Part shown: one piece after another, positions 29,138 to 39,830 of the stretch
How the letters are laid out: each line of letters begins with the position of its first letter
Numbering within the stretch: position 1 is the stretch's first letter
Origin: Oscillospiraceae bacterium
Lineage (GTDB): Bacteria; Bacillota; Clostridia; Oscillospirales; Oscillospiraceae
Direction of reading: 5' to 3'
Length of the DNA stretch: 45,573 nt
Assembly (NCBI GenBank): GCA_017477695.1
Contig: JAFUUR010000071.1
Coordinates: forward strand, 1-45,573
The notes under the pieces: model-generated
What the model saw: only the letters and a program-made list of their open reading frames with translations
What the model was told of the DNA's origin: nothing
Database searches by the model: none
Translations under genes and position numbers: made by a program

Positions 29138-29168
29138 GCCGCCCGGCGACGAGGAGTCGCCGGGCGGC
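29138..29168. terminator. GC-rich hairpin between convergent genes (weak U-tracts on both sides)
   Basis: GCCGCCCGGCGAC-gagga-GTCGCCGGGCGGC. In minus orientation it is followed by aTcgTTTcaTT. Confidence 0.5.
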
Positions 29169-29184
29169 GCGCTGCGTCAAGCCC

Positions 29185-30084
29185 TTATCCGCGGCCGAGA
29201 TCGCCCACGAGGTAGTCCTGCCCGCTGTAAACGTAGGCGGGCTGCTCGCCCGTGCGCTCGACCTCCAGTTCCTCCGCGATCCGCTCCAGCACCGGGAAGT
29301 CGTAGCTTCCGGAGAGCTGGATGAGCATCTGCTCGGCGGGGTCGAACAGGAGCAGGAATTTGTGCTGCTGCTGGTTCGGGGGAGAGGCGATCCACACCGA
29401 GGACACGTCCAGCGCGACCTCCAGATACTGCCGGCCTCCCAGCGTGCCCTCCCCGACGACGGCAGCCGTGCCGCCGTTTATGCCGAGGATCAGATCACGC
29501 TCGCAGAGGACGTTGCTGTCGTACAGGATGATATCGAGCATATCCGCGGTGCGCGGCACGTAGTGGTAATACACGTAGAGCTCCGCCGCTTCCGGCGCGC
29601 GGATCTCGGTCGTGCGCGTCAGGTACGGGGCGGTCTCCTCCGGGTCGAAGGCCGCGCAGTCTGCCAGCGAATAGGCCCAGAATTCGTCCGGCCCGCCCGT
29701 ATACGCCGCGTCGGGCGCCGGGACGTCCTCGGGCAGCCAACCGAAGCGCATCGCGTGCGCCGGGCCGCCGGGCTGCGCCTCAAACCGGACGACGAACGCC
29801 GCCTTGTAGAGCGAGCCCTCGCCCGCGTGCCCGTCGGCGTCGACATAGTGATAGACCATCGCCTCGCCCGGCTGCGGACTGTGGGCGTCCATGCGCGCCT
29901 CGTAGGCGGCGTAGGCCGTGACGGACAGCAGCGCCGCGAGCGCGGCGGCGATCAGCACCGTGCGCAGCGCGCGTCTGCGCGGGCGGTAGCTTCCCTGCGG
30001 CGCACCGTCCATGCGCGCCTGCGTTTCGAGCAGATAGCGCTCGTCGATCCCGTTCAGGGCGCGGGCCAGTTCTTCGTTCATCAT
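29185..30084 (-). CDS. Sigma-coupled single-pass membrane protein (putative anti-sigma factor) with an unassigned extracytoplasmic domain
   Basis: Its ATG at 30084 overlaps the sigma-gene stop (ATGA), with GGAGGA upstream. It has a short N-terminal region MMNEELARALNGIDERYLLE, a TM segment (LRTVLIAAALAALLSVTAYAAY) and about 230 aa outside. The track extension to 30504 lies within the sigma gene in another frame. Confidence 0.6.
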   Translation of the reverse strand: MMNEELARALNGIDERYLLETQARMDGAPQGSYRPRRRALRTVLIAAALAALLSVTAYAAYEARMDAHSPQPGEAMVYHYVDADGHAGEGSLYKAAFVVRFEAQPGGPAHAMRFGWLPEDVPAPDAAYTGGPDEFWAYSLADCAAFDPEETAPYLTRTTEIRAPEAAELYVYYHYVPRTADMLDIILYDSNVLCERDLILGINGGTAAVVGEGTLGGRQYLEVALDVSSVWIASPPNQQQHKFLLLFDPAEQMLIQLSGSYDFPVLERIAEELEVERTGEQPAYVYSGQDYLVGDLGRG

Positions 30085-30638
30085 AGATATTCCTCCTTCC
30101 GCAGCTGCTCCCACAGGCGTCTGCGCGTGCGCAGCAGCATCGATTTGACCTTGCTCTGCCCGAAGCCGTGCGCGGCGGCGATCTCTGCGACGCCGTAGCC
30201 GAACCAGTAACGGGCAAGGAACACGGTCCGCTCCGTCTCCGGCAGGGCGGCGAGGAAGCGGTCGAGCGCGGCGGTCAGCTCCTTGTGCTCCAGCTCCGCC
30301 GCGGGCTCCGTGCCGCCGGGCAGGATCTCGGCCAGCTCGTCGAGCGCGGCGGTGTACGCGTTCGCTGCGCGCTTCTGCCGCGTGCGGCCGCGCAGCCGGG
30401 TGAGCGCCTGCCAGCGCGTGAGCCGCGCCAGGTAGACCCGCAGCAGGTCGGGCCGATCGTCCGGCATGCTGTTCCAAGCGCGCAGCCATACGTCGTCCAG
30501 GCATTCCTCCGTATCTTCGTCGCTGCCCAGCAGCCTGAGGGCGATGCTGCGGCAGTAGGGCCCGTACTTCGCGGCCGTCTCCGCGATGGCCCGGTCCGAC
30601 CTCTGCCAGTACAGCTCCACGATCTCCTGATCCTCCAA
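30081..30638 (-). CDS. ECF-type sigma-70 family RNA polymerase sigma factor
   Basis: The best start is the TTG at 30638, 7 nt after AAGGAGG, giving (M)EDQEIVELYWQRSD. Region 2 has DVWLRAW. The region 4 HTH is GYGVAEIAAAHGFGQSKVKSMLLRTRRRL. Confidence 0.85.
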   Translation of the reverse strand: MEDQEIVELYWQRSDRAIAETAAKYGPYCRSIALRLLGSDEDTEECLDDVWLRAWNSMPDDRPDLLRVYLARLTRWQALTRLRGRTRQKRAANAYTAALDELAEILPGGTEPAAELEHKELTAALDRFLAALPETERTVFLARYWFGYGVAEIAAAHGFGQSKVKSMLLRTRRRLWEQLRKEEYL

Positions 30639-30814
30639 GTGCAGCCCTCCTTTCGTCTTCATCCTAAAAAACGCCGTTTTTTGCAAACGGTCGCGCGTCT
30701 TCCGCCATGATTTTACACGCCCGGCACCCACTTGCAAAGGGGGCTTTCGTCAGCTTGTACAAGAGGGGCGGGAGCGGGGCGCGGCGACAGCCTGTAAAAT
30801 TCACAAATATGCAA

Positions 30815-30832
30815 ACAGAATGAATATTCATG
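30815..30832 (+). promoter_or_regulatory. Candidate ARG box (ArgR/AhrC operator) upstream of the -35
   Basis: ACAGAATGAATATTCATG compared with the consensus wnTGAATwwwwATTCAnw. It contains the perfect 12-bp palindrome ATGAATATTCAT (30820-30831). Confidence 0.4.
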
Positions 30833-30842
30833 CGAAAAACGC

Positions 30843-30871
30843 TTGACTTTATGCAGGGATTAGCCTATAAT
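30843..30871 (+). promoter_or_regulatory. Promoter of the arg operon
   Basis: TTGACT, a 17-nt spacer, then TATAAT, 31 nt upstream of the argG ATG. Confidence 0.7.
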
Positions 30872-30872
30872 C

Positions 30873-30890
30873 AGCGCATAAAAATTCAAC
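30873..30890 (+). promoter_or_regulatory. Second candidate ARG box overlapping the transcription start region
   Basis: In AGCGCATAAAAATTCAAC the right half and the A/T core match the consensus. The left half matches at 3 of 5 positions. Confidence 0.35.
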
Positions 30891-30902
30891 GGAGGCATTC
30901 CC

Positions 30903-32117
<1,215 letters not shown>

Positions 32118-32132
32118 AGAAGGAAGATCGCT

Positions 32133-32161
32133 ATCCTGCACGGCAGACCGCCGTGCAGGAT
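32133..32161 (+). other. Perfect 12-bp intercistronic hairpin between argG and argH (no U-tract)
   Basis: ATCCTGCACGGC-agacc-GCCGTGCAGGAT, followed by attgcgc. Confidence 0.7.
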
Positions 32162-32185
32162 ATTGCGCAGACTGAGGGGAACGAC

Positions 32186-33565
32186 ATGCCAAAACTGTGG
32201 ACCGGCGTCACCGCCGGCATCACCGATCCCATCGCGGATGATTTCAATTCCTCCATCCGCTTCGACAGCCGCATGTACCGGCAGGACATCGAGGGCAGCA
32301 TGGCCCACGCAGCCATGCTCGCGGCGCGCGGCATCATCAGCGACAGCGAGCGCGACGCGCTGACCGGCGGCCTTGCGGGGATCCTGGAGGATCTGGAGTC
32401 CGGCGCGCTGCAGCCGGATATGCGGTGCGAGGACATCCACATGTTCGTCGAGCAGGAGCTGACGGGCCGCATCGGGGAGACGGGCAAGAAGCTGCACACG
32501 GCCAGGAGCCGCAACGACCAGGTCGCCCTGGATCTGCGGATGTACCTGCGCGGCGAGTGCGCGGAGATCTGCGCGCTGACGAAAGCGCTCGTCACGGCGC
32601 TTACCGACGTGGCAGAGCGGCACAAGGCCAGCATCATGCCGGGCTATACGCACCTGCAGCGCGCGCAGCCGGTCAGCTTCGGGCACTATCTGATGGCTTA
32701 CGCCATGATGCTCCTGCGTGATCTGGACCGGCTCGCGGACTGCAGAAAGCGCATGAACGTCTCGCCGATCGGCTGCTGCGCCCTGGCTGGCACCACCTAC
32801 GATACGGACAGGCGCATGGAGGCGTCGCTGCTCGGCTTTGACGAGATCGCCCGCAACAGCATGGACGGCGTCTCCGACCGGGACTTCGCCGTGGAGCTGC
32901 TGAGCGCGCTGTCGATCGAGATGATGCATCTCTCGCGCCTCGCTGAGGAGCTGATCCTCTGGGCGAGCTGGGAGTTCAAGTTCATCGAGCTCTCGGACGC
33001 GTACACCACGGGCTCGTCCATCATGCCGCAGAAGCGCAACGCCGACATGGCGGAGCTCGTGCGCGGCAAGACCGGCCGCGTCTACGGAGACCTTCTGGGC
33101 CTCCTGACCACGCTCAAGGGCCTGCCGCTGGCCTACAACAAGGACATGCAGGAGGACAAGGAGGGCGTGTTCGACGCGTGCTACACGGTCAAGGCCTGCC
33201 TGCGCGTCTTCGCGCCGATGATCGCCAGCATGCGGGTGCGCACGGACAACATGCTCCGCGCGGCGCAGACCGGCTTTATAAACGCCACGGATCTGGCGGA
33301 TTATCTCGTGCGCAAGGGGCTGCCGTTTCGCAGCGCCTACAAGCTCTCCGGGCAGATCGTCGCCCGCTGCATGGCCGACGGGCAGGTGCTGGAGAGTCTG
33401 CCGCTTGAGGTCTACCGGGAGTACAGCCCGCTCTTCGGCGAGGATCTGTACGCTGCGATCGACCTCAAGGCCTGTGTGGAAAAACGCATCTCCGAGGGAG
33501 GCACCTCGGAGAGCTCCGTGGAAAAACAGATCGCCTGGGTAAGGATGGTGCTTGAACATGACTAA
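32186..33565 (+). CDS. argH: Argininosuccinate lyase
   Basis: It starts at MPKLWTG after GAGGGGA. The signature is GSSIMPQKRNAD. Confidence 0.93.
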   Translation: MPKLWTGVTAGITDPIADDFNSSIRFDSRMYRQDIEGSMAHAAMLAARGIISDSERDALTGGLAGILEDLESGALQPDMRCEDIHMFVEQELTGRIGETGKKLHTARSRNDQVALDLRMYLRGECAEICALTKALVTALTDVAERHKASIMPGYTHLQRAQPVSFGHYLMAYAMMLLRDLDRLADCRKRMNVSPIGCCALAGTTYDTDRRMEASLLGFDEIARNSMDGVSDRDFAVELLSALSIEMMHLSRLAEELILWASWEFKFIELSDAYTTGSSIMPQKRNADMAELVRGKTGRVYGDLLGLLTTLKGLPLAYNKDMQEDKEGVFDACYTVKACLRVFAPMIASMRVRTDNMLRAAQTGFINATDLADYLVRKGLPFRSAYKLSGQIVARCMADGQVLESLPLEVYREYSPLFGEDLYAAIDLKACVEKRISEGGTSESSVEKQIAWVRMVLEHD

Positions 33566-34472
33566 GATCTTTATCGACGGCAGCGCCGGGACGACCGGCC
33601 TGCGCATATACGAACGGCTCGCCGGGCGGGAGGGACTCGAGCTCATCCGGATCCCAGAGGAGCTGCGCAAGGATCCGAAGGCCCGCGAGGAGGCGATCAA
33701 CGCCGCCGATATCGCCTTCTTCTGCCTGCCGGACGCGGCGGCTGTCGAGGCGGCGGCACTGGTGCACGGCGACACCGCCGTGATCGACACCTCCACCGCG
33801 CACCGCACCGCGCAGGGCTGGGACTACGGCTTCGCCGAGCTGCACGGCCTGCGCGAGAAGATCGCGGCGAGCAAGCGCGTTGCAAACCCAGGCTGCCACG
33901 CGAGCGGCTTCATCTCTTTGGTGGAGCCTCTCGTGCACGAGGGGCTGATCGCAGCGGACACGGCGCTTACCTGCTTCTCTGTCACCGGCTACTCCGGCGG
34001 CGGCAAGGGCATGATCGCCGAGTACGAGGGCGAGGGGAGAGCGGCGGAGCTCGATTCCCCGCGGCAGTACGGCCTCACGCAGCAGCACAAGCACCTCAAG
34101 GAGATGGTGAAGCTCTGCGCGCTGGAGACGGCGCCGGTCTTTTGCCCGATCGTGGCGGACTACTACAGCGGCATGGCGGTGACCGTGCCCCTGTTCCGCA
34201 AGGACCTGCGAGGCACCGCGGAGGATATCGCGGCGCTGTACAAGGAGCGCTACCACAGCCCCATCGTGCACTTTGAGCCGTACGGCGACGGCATGATCGC
34301 GGGCAACACCCTCTCCGGGCGGGACGACATGGAGATCACGATCGCCGGCAACGACGAGCGCATCCTGCTCATCTCCCGCTTCGACAATCTCGGCAAGGGC
34401 GCGTCCGGTGCCGCCATCCAAAACATGAATATTCTTCTGGGCCTGGACGAGACCGTTGGCCTGGTGATTTGA
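33558..34472 (+). CDS. argC: N-acetyl-gamma-glutamyl-phosphate reductase (short, about 305-aa form)
   Basis: MTKIFIDGSAGTTGLRI and the catalytic-Cys motif NPGCHASG. The start is either the ATG at 33558 or the TTG at 33552. It overlaps the end of argH. Confidence 0.88.
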   Translation: MTKIFIDGSAGTTGLRIYERLAGREGLELIRIPEELRKDPKAREEAINAADIAFFCLPDAAAVEAAALVHGDTAVIDTSTAHRTAQGWDYGFAELHGLREKIAASKRVANPGCHASGFISLVEPLVHEGLIAADTALTCFSVTGYSGGGKGMIAEYEGEGRAAELDSPRQYGLTQQHKHLKEMVKLCALETAPVFCPIVADYYSGMAVTVPLFRKDLRGTAEDIAALYKERYHSPIVHFEPYGDGMIAGNTLSGRDDMEITIAGNDERILLISRFDNLGKGASGAAIQNMNILLGLDETVGLVI

Positions 34473-34491
34473 TCCTACAGGAGGAAACAAC

Positions 34492-35706
34492 ATGAAGATC
34501 GTATCCGGCGGCGTGTGCGCCGCCAAGGGCTTCCAGGCCGCGGGCATCCACTGCGGCATCCGCGCAAACCACAGCAAGCGCGACCTTGCGTTGATCGTCA
34601 GCAGCGTCCCGGCGAGCGCGGCCGCCGTCTACACCACCAACCTGGTCAAGGGCGCGCCTCTGACCGTCACGAAGCGGCACATCAGCGACGGCGTCGCCCA
34701 GGCGGTGATCTGCAACAGCGGCAACGCCAACACCTGCAACGCAAACGGCATCGAGATCGCCGAGGAGATGAGCGCCCTCACGGCGCAGGCCCTCGGCATC
34801 CGCGCGCAGGACGTGGTCGTCGCCTCTACGGGCGTCATCGGCCAGCCGCTGAACATCGCCCCCATCGCGGCCGGGATCGCGCCGCTGAAGGCGGCCCTGT
34901 CGGACGACGGGAGCGCGGACGCCTGCGAGGCCATCATGACCACGGACGTGAAGAAAAAGGAGATCGCCGTGGAGTTCACCGTCGGCGGCAAGACCTGCCA
35001 TCTCGGCGGCATCGCCAAGGGCAGCGGCATGATCCACCCCAACATGGCCACCATGCTCGTCTTCCTCACGACCGACGCCGCCATCGCCCCGGCCATGCTG
35101 ACGAAGGCCCTGCAGGGAGACATCCGGAAGACCTTCAACATGATCAGCGTCGACGGCGACACCTCCACGAACGACATGGTCGCCATCCTCGCCAACGGCC
35201 TCGCCGGCAACGACGAGATCACCGCTGAGGGGGAGGACTTCAGCGCCTTCATGCAGGCGCTCAACACCGTGAACGTCTACCTCTGCCGCGGCATCGCGGC
35301 CGACGGCGAGGGCGCCACCAAGCTGCTCGAGTGCGCGGTGAGCGGGGCGAAGGACGAGGCCGCGGCCAAAACGGTCGCCAAGAGCGTGGTCTGCTCCAAT
35401 CTGACCAAGGCCGCCATGTTCGGCGAGGATGCCAACTGGGGACGCGTGCTCTGCGCCATCGGCTACAGCGGCGCAGACGTGGACGTGGACAAGGTGGGCG
35501 TGAGCTTCCGCTCGGCCGCCGGGAGCGTCGAGGTCTGCCGCGACGGCGCGGGCGTGCCGTTTTCCGAGAAGGTCGCGGCACAGGTGCTGCACGAGAGCGA
35601 GATCGATATCCTCGTCACGCTCGGCGACGGGGATGGCGCCGCCACCGCCTGGGGCTGCGATCTGAGCTACGAATACGTGCGCATCAACGGCGACTACCGC
35701 ACCTGA
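34492..35706 (+). CDS. argJ: Bifunctional ornithine acetyltransferase / N-acetylglutamate synthase
   Basis: It has the autoprocessing site ...HPNMATMLVFLTTDA and is 404 aa. Confidence 0.93.
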   Translation: MKIVSGGVCAAKGFQAAGIHCGIRANHSKRDLALIVSSVPASAAAVYTTNLVKGAPLTVTKRHISDGVAQAVICNSGNANTCNANGIEIAEEMSALTAQALGIRAQDVVVASTGVIGQPLNIAPIAAGIAPLKAALSDDGSADACEAIMTTDVKKKEIAVEFTVGGKTCHLGGIAKGSGMIHPNMATMLVFLTTDAAIAPAMLTKALQGDIRKTFNMISVDGDTSTNDMVAILANGLAGNDEITAEGEDFSAFMQALNTVNVYLCRGIAADGEGATKLLECAVSGAKDEAAAKTVAKSVVCSNLTKAAMFGEDANWGRVLCAIGYSGADVDVDKVGVSFRSAAGSVEVCRDGAGVPFSEKVAAQVLHESEIDILVTLGDGDGAATAWGCDLSYEYVRINGDYRT

Positions 35707-35718
35707 GAGGGCCGCGAG

Positions 35719-36603
35719 ATGGACGCTTTACAGTTTTCAAACGCCCAGCGGGCGCAGGTGCTCACGGAGGCGCTGCCCTATATCCGGCGGTATAACGGGC
35801 GGATCGTAGTGGTCAAATACGGCGGCAACGCCATGGTCAGCGATCAGCTCAGACAGCAGGTGATGGAGGATATCGTGTTGCTGTGGCTGGTCGGCGTGCG
35901 CGTCGTGCTGGTGCACGGCGGCGGGCCGGAGATCAGCGATCTGATGACCCGTCTCGGCAAGAAGCCGGAATTCGTGGACGGCCTGCGCGTCACCGACAAG
36001 GAGACGGTGGACATCGTGCAGATGGTGCTCGCAGGCAAGGTCAACAAGACGCTCGTGAACCTCCTCGAGGTCAAGGGCGGCAAGGCGATGGGCATCTCCG
36101 GCATGGACGGGCGATTGATCCGCGCGAAGATGAAGGACCCGTCTCTCGGCTACGTCGGCAGCATCACGGGCGTGGATATCCAGCCGGTCATGGACCTGCT
36201 GGACAAGGGCTACATCCCGGTCATTTCCACGATCGGCTGCGACGCCGAGGGCAACACCTACAACATCAACGGCGACACCGCCGCGGCCTATATCGCCGGG
36301 GCGCTGGACGCCGAGAGGCTCATTATGATGACGGATATCGCCGGGGTCCTGCGCGACAAGGACGATCCGTCCACCCTCATCCCGCGCCTGACGATCGCCC
36401 AGGCGGTGGAGTTGTTCGAGCAGAACGTGATCGCCGGCGGCATGATCCCCAAGGTGGAGTGCTGCATCGACGCAATCCACCGCGGCGTCGACAGTGCGAT
36501 CATCATGGACGGACGGGTGCCGCATTCCATTCTGATGGAGATCCTCACCGACGAGGGCGCGGGCACCATGGTAGTAAAAGGGGAGGAGAACGAGTACCTA
36601 TGA
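35719..36603 (+). CDS. argB: Acetylglutamate kinase
   Basis: VVKYGGNAM and GGGPEI motifs of the amino-acid kinase fold. Confidence 0.93.
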   Translation: MDALQFSNAQRAQVLTEALPYIRRYNGRIVVVKYGGNAMVSDQLRQQVMEDIVLLWLVGVRVVLVHGGGPEISDLMTRLGKKPEFVDGLRVTDKETVDIVQMVLAGKVNKTLVNLLEVKGGKAMGISGMDGRLIRAKMKDPSLGYVGSITGVDIQPVMDLLDKGYIPVISTIGCDAEGNTYNINGDTAAAYIAGALDAERLIMMTDIAGVLRDKDDPSTLIPRLTIAQAVELFEQNVIAGGMIPKVECCIDAIHRGVDSAIIMDGRVPHSILMEILTDEGAGTMVVKGEENEYL

Positions 36604-37760
36604 ATATCAAAGAGATCGATCAGAAATACGTCGCCAATACCTACGCGCGCTTCCCGGTACAGATCGTATCCGGCAAGGGCTCGATCGTCTGCGACGAGAC
36701 GGGCAAGGCCTATATCGACATGGGCAGCGGCATCGGCGTGACGGCCTTCGGCATCGCGGACGACGCCTGGAAGGCGGCCGTGATCGCCCAGTTGGACAAG
36801 CTGCAGCACATGTCGAACCTGTACTACACCGAGCCCTGTGCCAAGCTCGCCCAGCTCCTGTGCGAGAGGACGGGGATGAAGAAGGTCTTCTTCTGCAACT
36901 CCGGCGCGGAGGCTAACGAGTGCGCCATCAAGGCGGCGCGCAAATACGCCTGCGAGAAAAAGGGCGCGGAGTATTACACTATCGTCACCCTCGTAAACAG
37001 CTTCCACGGGCGCACCGTCACGACGCTGGCCGCCACCGGCCAGGAGCACTACCACGAGCTGTTCCAGCCGCTCACGCCCGGCTTCGTGCACGCGCCGGCG
37101 AACGACATCGAAGCGGTAAAGGCCGCGGCGCTCGCGAACAAGACCGCCGCCGTGATGATCGAATGCATCCAGGGCGAGGGCGGCGTGATCGCGCTCGACG
37201 AGAGCTTTGTGAAGGAGCTCGCCGCGTTCTGCGCGCAGGAGGATATCCTGCTGGTGGTGGACGAGGTGCAGACCGGAAACGGCCGCTCCGGCAAGCTCTA
37301 CGCCTATATGAATTACGGCGTGCAGCCGGATATCGTCTCCACGGCCAAGGGCCTGGGCGGCGGCCTGCCTCTGGGAGCGACGCTCTTCGGCGAGAAGACC
37401 CAGTCCGTTCTCGGCAGCGGCGATCACGGCTCCACCTTCGGCGGCAACCCCGTGAGCTGCGCGGGCGCGCTGAGTATCCTCGGCCGCATCGACGACGCGC
37501 TGCTTGCGCAGGTGAAGGAGAAGAGCGCCTACGTTTTCAGCGAGCTGACCGGCGCGGAGGGCGTGGAGTCCGTCAGCGGCATGGGGCTGATGATCGGCAT
37601 CAAGCCCGTCAAGCCCGCCGCCGAGGTGGTGGACCTGTGCATGCAAAACGGCGTCCTGTGTCTGACGGCGAAGGATAAGGTGCGGCTGCTGCCGGCGCTC
37701 AACATCCCCATGGAGACGCTGCAGCAGGCGATCGCCGTGATCAAGGCGGCCTGCAAGTGA
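36600..37760 (+). CDS. argD: Acetylornithine aminotransferase
   Basis: Its ATG overlaps the argB TGA (ATGA). It is a class III aminotransferase with the PLP lysine in [12 protein letters not shown]. The track ORF start at 35883 is an out-of-context extension through argB. Confidence 0.92.
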   Translation: MNIKEIDQKYVANTYARFPVQIVSGKGSIVCDETGKAYIDMGSGIGVTAFGIADDAWKAAVIAQLDKLQHMSNLYYTEPCAKLAQLLCERTGMKKVFFCNSGAEANECAIKAARKYACEKKGAEYYTIVTLVNSFHGRTVTTLAATGQEHYHELFQPLTPGFVHAPANDIEAVKAAALANKTAAVMIECIQGEGGVIALDESFVKELAAFCAQEDILLVVDEVQTGNGRSGKLYAYMNYGVQPDIVSTAKGLGGGLPLGATLFGEKTQSVLGSGDHGSTFGGNPVSCAGALSILGRIDDALLAQVKEKSAYVFSELTGAEGVESVSGMGLMIGIKPVKPAAEVVDLCMQNGVLCLTAKDKVRLLPALNIPMETLQQAIAVIKAACK

Positions 37761-37770
37761 GGAGGACGAA

Positions 37771-38754
37771 ATGGAGCTAAAAGGCAGGAGCTTTCTCAAG
37801 CTGCTCGATTACAGCCCCGAGGAGATCGACGCGCTGCTGCAGCTTGCGGCTGAGCTGAAGGCCAAAAAGAAGGCGGGCGTCCCGCACAGGCTGCACGAGG
37901 GCAAGAACGTGGCGCTGATCTTCGAAAAGACCAGCACCCGCACGCGCTGCAGCTTCGAGGTCGCCGCGGCGGATCTGGGCATGCACGCGGTCTATCTCGA
38001 CCCAAGCGCTTCCCAGATCGGCAAGAAGGAGAGCATCGCGGACACCGCCCGCGTCCTCGGCCGCATGTTCGACGGTATCGAATACCGCGGCTACGGACAG
38101 GCGCGCGTGGAGGCGCTGGCGCAGTACGCGGGCGTCCCCGTCTGGAACGGACTGACCAATGAGTTCCACCCCACACAGATCCTCGCGGACTTTCTCACCA
38201 TCCGGGAGCATTTCGGCGGGCTCAAGGGCAAAAAACTCGTCTATATGGGCGATGCGCGCTACAACATGGGCAATTCTCTCATGGTCGGCTGTGCCAAGAT
38301 GGGCCTGCAGTTCCTCGCCTGCGCGCCGGAAAAGTATTTTCCGGACGCCGCGCTGATCGAAACGTGCAGGGAGATCGCCGCCGGGACCGGCGCGGCGCTC
38401 CGCTTTGAGACCGACCCCTTCAAGGCCGTGCAGGGCGCGGACGTGATCTATACGGATATCTGGGTCTCCATGGGCGAGCCGGAGTCCGTCTGGGAGGAGC
38501 GCATCCACGACCTGCTGCCCTACCAGGTGAACGCCGCGCTGCTCGCGGCGGCCGGGCCGCAGTGCCGCTTCATGCACTGCCTGCCCGCCTATCACGATCT
38601 TGAGACCGAGAACGGCCTCGCGATCTATGAAAAATTCGGCCTGGAGTCCATGGAGGTCACGCACGAGGTGTTCGAGGGGCCGCAGTCCATCGTCTTCGAC
38701 GAGGCGGAGAACCGCATGCACACCATCAAGGCCGTCATGGCCGCGACGCTGTGA
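37771..38754 (+). CDS. argF: Ornithine carbamoyltransferase
   Basis: Motifs STRTR, HPTQ and HCLP. Confidence 0.93.
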   Translation: MELKGRSFLKLLDYSPEEIDALLQLAAELKAKKKAGVPHRLHEGKNVALIFEKTSTRTRCSFEVAAADLGMHAVYLDPSASQIGKKESIADTARVLGRMFDGIEYRGYGQARVEALAQYAGVPVWNGLTNEFHPTQILADFLTIREHFGGLKGKKLVYMGDARYNMGNSLMVGCAKMGLQFLACAPEKYFPDAALIETCREIAAGTGAALRFETDPFKAVQGADVIYTDIWVSMGEPESVWEERIHDLLPYQVNAALLAAAGPQCRFMHCLPAYHDLETENGLAIYEKFGLESMEVTHEVFEGPQSIVFDEAENRMHTIKAVMAATL

Positions 38755-38759
38755 GCGCC

Positions 38760-39830
38760 ATGGAAAAGGCATATCTCGTTCTGGGAAACGGCAGGGTCTT
38801 CGAGGGCGAGCGCATCGGCGCCGCGGGAGACAGCATCGGAGAGTTGGTCTTCACCACCGGCATGGTGGGCTATCTCGAGACCCTGACCGATCCCAGCTAC
38901 GCCGGACAGATCATCCTGCAGACCTTTCCCCTCATTGGCAATTACGGGGTCATCTCCCCGGACTTTGAGGGGAACTGCTTTGCCAGGGGCTACGTGGTGC
39001 GGGAGCTGTGCGAGGCGCCGTCGAACTTCCGCAGCGAGTACGCGCTCGATCGCTTTCTGAAGGAGCGGGGCATCCCCGGCATCTGCGGCGTCGATACCCG
39101 CGCGGTCACGCGGCTGCTGCGCGAAGAGGGCGTGATGAACGCCTGCATATGCGCCGAGATCCCGGCGGATCTCGCACCGGTGCGCGCCTACGCGGTGAAG
39201 GACGCGGTGCGCACGGTCAGCACGCGCGAGACGCGCGACTACCCCGCGCAGGGAGAGGAGCGCTTTCACGTCGCGCTGATCGACTACGGCGCGAAGCGCA
39301 ACATCATCCGCTGTCTGAACCGGCGCGGCTGCCGGGTCACGGTCGTGCCGCACGACACCGCGGCGGAGACCGTCCTGGCCATGGCACCGGACGGCGTCAT
39401 GCTCTCCAACGGCCCGGGCGATCCACAGGAGAACGTATATGAGATCGAGCAGATCCGAAAGCTCATGGGGAAGGTGCCCATCTTCGGTATCTGCCTGGGA
39501 CATCAGCTCACGGCCCTCGCCATGGGCGGCGAGACCGTGAAGCTCAAATACGGCCACCGCGGCGCGAACCAGCCCGTGCGCCTGTGCGGCGGCTCGCGCA
39601 CCTACATCAGCAGCCAGAACCACGGCTACGCCGTGGTCAGCGAGAGCATGGAGGGGATCGCGCGCCTCAGCTACGTCAACGCAAACGATCTGAGCTGCGA
39701 GGGGCTCGAATACCCGGAGCAGCGCTGCTTTACCGTACAGTTCCATCCCGAGGCCTGTTCCGGGCCGCGGGATACCGAGTTTTTGCTCGATCGCTTTATC
39801 GCCATGATGGGAGGGGACGGGCGTGCCTAA
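38760..39830 (+). CDS. carA: Carbamoyl-phosphate synthase small (glutaminase) subunit
   Basis: MEKAYLVLGNGRVFEG, and a triad region IFGICLGHQL...HG. An alternative GTG start at 38751 overlaps the argF stop. Confidence 0.9.
   Translation: MEKAYLVLGNGRVFEGERIGAAGDSIGELVFTTGMVGYLETLTDPSYAGQIILQTFPLIGNYGVISPDFEGNCFARGYVVRELCEAPSNFRSEYALDRFLKERGIPGICGVDTRAVTRLLREEGVMNACICAEIPADLAPVRAYAVKDAVRTVSTRETRDYPAQGEERFHVALIDYGAKRNIIRCLNRRGCRVTVVPHDTAAETVLAMAPDGVMLSNGPGDPQENVYEIEQIRKLMGKVPIFGICLGHQLTALAMGGETVKLKYGHRGANQPVRLCGGSRTYISSQNHGYAVVSESMEGIARLSYVNANDLSCEGLEYPEQRCFTVQFHPEACSGPRDTEFLLDRFIAMMGGDGRA

Noticed and set aside
35883-36599. A 239-aa N-terminal extension of the ArgD ORF, which looks like a fusion protein.
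   Set aside because: The extension is an Arg/Gly-rich alternative frame running through argB. The genuine ArgD starts at the ATGA overlap at 36600 with a typical aminotransferase N-terminus.
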